Positions 59,411-64,000 of a stretch of 64,000 bases of DNA are shown here, piece after piece. A program made the position numbers and the translations under genes. Within the stretch, counting starts at the first letter, position 1, and the number at the start of each line of letters is the position of its first letter. This DNA is from Ginglymostoma cirratum (taxonomy: Eukaryota), in assembly GCA_024137785.1 (NCBI GenBank), contig JAHRHZ010000140.1:22994601-23058600 (forward strand), read 5' to 3'. The notes beneath the pieces are model-generated. The model was not told where the DNA came from and ran no database searches. It saw nothing but the letters and a program-made list of their open reading frames with translations.

Positions 59411-61717
59411 CAACCGTATTACTTTGTTAAATGAAACACTGGAAACCTTGGGGGCAAAATAATCAAGAAAAGCACCTTACGTGCAAACGTGAGTTTCTTG
59501 AGCAAAGCTGTTACAACACAAAAAAACTGCTCTTTTAAAGATGGAATCATTTGGAATTTTCAGTAAACACTTTTGGGGAAAAATGCTCAATACATTAACT
59601 TTACCTTGAATTTTCTGGTTGTAAGGCTTCAAAGCTTTGGTGTTTACTAAATCTGTTTTGCGCACCACGCCAATTAATCCTCAAATGCCAGCAATGCTTT
59701 TAACATTTCTTGATGGAATTCATGAACTCACTATTAAATAACAGCTGCTTGCTCAAAAGAGTCAGGAAGGCACAACTGTAATATGCTTTGCTTCAGTACA
59801 TTGCACAGGTTCAGGAGAAAGGCGCTTAAGGGATATTGTTGAGACAGAGAAAAGATGGATGAACACTAGCTCTAACTGTACCAGAATACCTAATGCCTAA
59901 ATTCAGTTTCTCCAATAAAACTTTTGTTCCCCAAAACCAATATTCTCCATTAGGGGAATGCAAAACTGACTCAATGCATATTTTAAAAAAGTTAAATTGG
60001 AACTTGGCTGTCATCAGCTGGAAGAGTTCCAATTCAATTGATAGTGAAGTTTAGTCTATCTGCTATAAAAATACATTAAATACACGACAGCTTTCGGAGT
60101 TGGGAAGCACATCAATTTGAGAAGATGAAACTGGTCTCTCTCGACCTTTGCACGAAGCCAGCTGTGCTTGATTTACTCCCCTTCACTGTGAGCTGTAAGG
60201 GTCCGTTATTATTGAAGTTTGGACGTTTCTAATACAGTTCCTAGTTCAAGGTAACCAAGCTACTTAAAATTGCTCCAGATTTACAGTCTTGCACTGGTGA
60301 ATGGAAGCTGTTCAGGGTTTGAAATAAATCACAATGTTGGGGCAAAGCACAGGAAAATTGAGTGTCAATCCTGGGAGTAGTCCATGCTGCTAGTGGGTAG
60401 AGAAGACAGGTTCTACTGTCGTGTAATGACTTCCTTAACCCGAATTCCTGACAACTGGCACGCTGTATTTCAAGTTAAGCTTAACCATCCAATCCACTAA
60501 TACAGAATGTTTAAGGTACTTTAAGAATGATATGTTCAGGTGCAAGTAATCCTGATCTAGCATATAAACTACAACCAAGTGGTGAAAAATTATACCATGG
60601 AATAGTTTTAACTGATTCTAGTTGTCTGATAATGCACTGCCTTTTCTCATAATCCACCAACTCTGATTAAAAGTGAAAAAATGGGTGTGTTCATAGTATC
60701 AATTGAATCAAATGGTCAAAATGTTTAAGGCTGCTCCAAAGTTTAAGCCTGTCAGAGCAGGCTTAATTTGAACCAAATGATACAACCTGGTTTATTCATA
60801 CACAAGTCTACAAACTACTAATTTAACTGTTCACTTGTTACCAGATGCACATATTCTACATAATTGAATAAGGTCAAAGTATGGACAAAGGGAAGGCCAT
60901 TTCAGCCCATCTGCCCCATCAGGAATTCTATCCCACCACATCAGATGTGCCAAAATGCACGTTTGACTTGCAATTAGTATAAATTGCTGGTCGATACTTC
61001 ACCGAATTAAGAAACATTTTCAAATAGATGCAAAAATACAGTTATGGTTTGAAGGCAGCTTCTACATAATTTAAATACCCAGTAAACTCTGAGCAGTAAT
61101 ATCAAAAGTGATAAACAAGGGAATGCTTCAGTGTTAGAAGTTAGCCTGTCTGATCAAACAAAAAGTTGTCCGTGTTAAATCTGTGATGTAAACAAACTGA
61201 TTGACTGTTTGTTCCAATGTCCCTGTACAAGTTTAGATCTGGATATTCAGACACTACTAGAACTTCATCCCTGTCTTACAACGAGATTAATCATTTCAAA
61301 GAGAGAGAAAGAATCTAAGAGCTGTTGAAATCTTCATAGTCCACTTTTTTTAAAAAAAAGGCAATTTTTAAACGAGTACAATGTTATGCAAATGTAGTTT
61401 ACAAAATTACAAAAATAGTTTGTATTTGAGAATTATATGGTAGAGGAATGTAGAAGATATTTTCACAAATGGATGCATTCAACTAAAATGCAGTTCAAGC
61501 AACACAAATTAGAAATAAAGTAGAATTTAGACTTAAGAAATTTCTGTAAGAAAATCTGATACAAATGATCTATAAAGAGTGGAAAAACTTGTTTTTCCTC
61601 AACCTGATGACAGATGATTTGGCAGGTGGGCTGAGAAGGAATGTAAGTTCTTCAAATTTAAATAAAGCCCACTGATGCATGTTCGATAATCTCTTGAATT
61701 TTAAAGACTGTCCATCA

Positions 61718-61844
61718 TTAAGGTTCATTGCCATTTACATGGGTTTGCTGCTGTAGCCTGCTTTTGCGTAGAACCTCCAACTGCTTTGCTCGCTGCCATC
61801 TCTCTCGTGATAAGGTCACATGGCCAGCACTCAGTGACACCAAC
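61718..61844 (-). CDS. MCMBP: MCMBP terminal coding exon ([41 protein letters not shown])
   Basis: Minus-strand aag|G acceptor, TAA TGA double stop; matches the MCMBP C-terminus (SLSAG..TLSRERW.RAKQLE..VNGNE). Confidence 0.95.
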
Positions 61845-63181
61845 CTTTTAAAGTAAATTAAAGTTAGCTTTTAATGTTCTTAAACTATTAGTTCAATAAT
61901 GAAACTTTTTACAATAGGTAAACTGAAAGGATTATTCTACTTTAACACTTACACCAAATTCTTTCCATCCTAATTAACTCTATTGTTAAATTATTTCTCA
62001 GTCTGGTTATCTTAATGGGATGAAACATTCAGTTCGTGAGCTAGCAGAAAGCAAATGCAAAATTAAATCAATGCTTAACTGCTAATTCCTCAAAAAATCC
62101 AAAAATGTGACCGTTATAAGGGTTTAATTGGGTACTGAAGATACAAGGCCAAACTCACTATGGTAGGTACTAATGCCTTTTTCTTTCCTTCAAACTTTAC
62201 GACAAGCTATACTGTCTTAAAAATATCACCAAGTCATCATCAGGAAAGCTGAAACCAGACAATACAAAAATGAAAAAAGATGGAAACGCTCAGGTTCCAG
62301 CGTGAACTGCACTGTAAAGACTGTCGTTCTGAACTTGTTATTTTTCAATTTTCTAACTTATTCTTATAGTCGGTAATACTGGATGTTTGATTTTGTTATT
62401 TTTCTAACTTTTTATTTTTTCTTTATGAACTTGTCCTGGAGAATCTGTACCTCGGTACCTGGCACTTAAGATAGCGCCATAAGTGGCAAAGTGTAAACTT
62501 TTCACTACTCATTTGAGTACTTGTGACATAAAACTAATGGAATTTAATAAATTTTTGTTAAGTAGAGGTATTACAGGTATGATCCAATGGCAGATATTTG
62601 CAGTTAGGCCACAGATCAGCTATGATTTCATTAAATGATGAAACAGACTGGAGGGGCTGAATGACCTACTACTGTTCTTAGGTTCCAATGATCTCCTTGT
62701 TGTCCTCCTATTGTTCAACCTCTCTCAATGCCTAAGATCCTACTGCATTATCCCATTCATTTACTCTTTTCTTCACTGACTGACACCCTTACAAATATTG
62801 TGAAGTTAAAATCTTTGGCTTCATTCCAACGTTTGCATTGCAACTTCCTCCATCCCAGTATCATCCCACAAACAACGCAAATGTTTTAAACAAAGATAAC
62901 AAGAAACAGATGTCAAGCCTTTCTGAAACAATGGCCCAAAGACAGTGCCCGAGGAACAGAAAGAGAGAAAGGAGCGAGCTCGAAAGAGCAACTGAGTTTC
63001 CATAGTCAACCCAAACCTTTACTCATGCTCTCAGTAAGAAATTATTCAGAATCTGGCAGTTCTTGAACTGAAACATTACAAGTGAGGAAACAGAAGTGAT
63101 TAACTGTTTAACGTTTTTTTGTTGTGAAGAGTTCCAATGAAGGAAATAAGCCACTTCATGTCTCATCATCACATTATTTAC

Positions 63182-63270
63182 CTTGCAACAACAAGCAACT
63201 GATGGAGGTCTTCGGCAGTTATGCTCCGAGGATCACTCTTCCTCATCTCCACAAAATCTTCTTCCACTGC
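63182..63270 (-). CDS. MCMBP: MCMBP penultimate coding exon ([30 protein letters not shown])
   Basis: Minus-strand tag|GCA acceptor, AG|gtaaat donor. Confidence 0.95.
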
Positions 63271-63360
63271 CTACAATATAGCGAATTACAGACTGAAACA
63301 TGCAACCACCTGCAGAATTTGAAATATAGCCTTCATCAAAAATAAAAGAAACCACCAAAC

Positions 63361-63525
63361 CTTGGTCACGTCATCTGATATACTGTAGTCCATCAGTTTC
63401 AGTAAACTCAGATATATGCGAAATTTCTTGAGCATGGATGGCACTACAGCTGTTTGCAAGTTAGTCATATACTCTTCAATGTTGGCAGGAACCATCTGAG
63501 GCTGTAGATGGACTTGGCAGTCAGA
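63361..63525 (-). CDS. MCMBP: MCMBP coding exon ([55 protein letters not shown])
   Basis: Minus-strand tag|TCT acceptor, AAG|gtttgg donor; matches the MCMBP C-terminal region as recalled (DCQIHLQPQ..PNMEEYM..FRIYL..YSISD). Confidence 0.94.
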
Positions 63526-63879
63526 CTATAAATCAGAGAAAGAGTTTGTTTATGTGAATTTCACAAGACAGCACTGGAATGGACACCAAGAAAAAGAGCA
63601 ATTTTAAAAATATTATAACAACCTGCACTTTAACAATTCATAACATTTTTATTAGCAACATTAATGAAAATGCAAAGATATACACTACACATTATGACTG
63701 AATAGGATACTTGCAACGTCACTCCTTTTGCTAGGTTGTCACATGCATTTGTTTAGTTATGAGGTCACTATATTTCATTCCATGATATTCAAATAGTGCC
63801 TGACAAAGCATTAACAGAAAGGAATCCAGAAAAGTGAACTACAGCATTATGAAGTGAAACATAAAGTAAAGAGCTCAAA

Positions 63880-64000
63880 GGATGGAATTGGTCTAGGGGT
63901 CGATCACGAGAGAGTATAAATAATGGGCAGGAGATTTAGAAGGGATTTCGGGAAAAACATGTTCAGTCTGCAGGTGGCGGGAATCTGGAATGCACTGCCT
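63880..64000 (+). mobile_element. CR1 LINE 3' fragment (runs off the window)
   Basis: gggcaggagatttagaagggatttc...ggaatctggaatgcactgcct. Confidence 0.7.

Noticed and set aside
63271-63360. 90-nt in-frame MCMBP intron as a retained coding segment (hydrophobic tail [10 protein letters not shown]..)
   Set aside because: It contains an in-frame stop at 63286-63288 and has normal GT-AG ends; there is no evidence for use
1-64000. Prokaryotic-type systems (CRISPR array, operon, defence island)
   Set aside because: The sequence is spliced vertebrate DNA; no regularly spaced direct repeats or dense ORFs were seen

Overview
Eukaryotic, intron-rich vertebrate DNA. The repeat content (HE1/V-SINEs, CR1 LINEs, Deu-domain SINEs, Penelope elements) points to a cartilaginous fish, probably a shark. 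The + strand carries the last 14 coding exons of INPP5F (Sac2 phosphoinositide phosphatase) at 4218-55794. All junctions are GT-AG and phase-compatible, 2739 nt splice to 912 aa plus stop, and the catalytic motif RVNCMDCLDRTN is intact. The - strand carries the last 3 coding exons of MCMBP (61718-63525), tail-to-tail with INPP5F as in mammals. Almost all other listed ORFs are retroelement remnants or chance ORFs. There are no prokaryotic systems and no CRISPR, and one 100-N assembly gap. The most notable non-genic signal is a set of short Penelope-derived repeats carrying minimal hammerhead-ribozyme motifs. One has a fully intact core in an internally inverted, TSD-flanked copy at ~53.2 kb. 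Also notable are a Penelope element with inverted terminal repeats nested in an L2, an unexplained ~175-bp inverted repeat pair at 40.4/42.0 kb, a candidate in-frame 51-nt cassette exon, and two odd substitutions at conserved Sac-domain positions. Repeat boundaries are approximate, and family names and human-protein comparisons come from recall rather than a database search.
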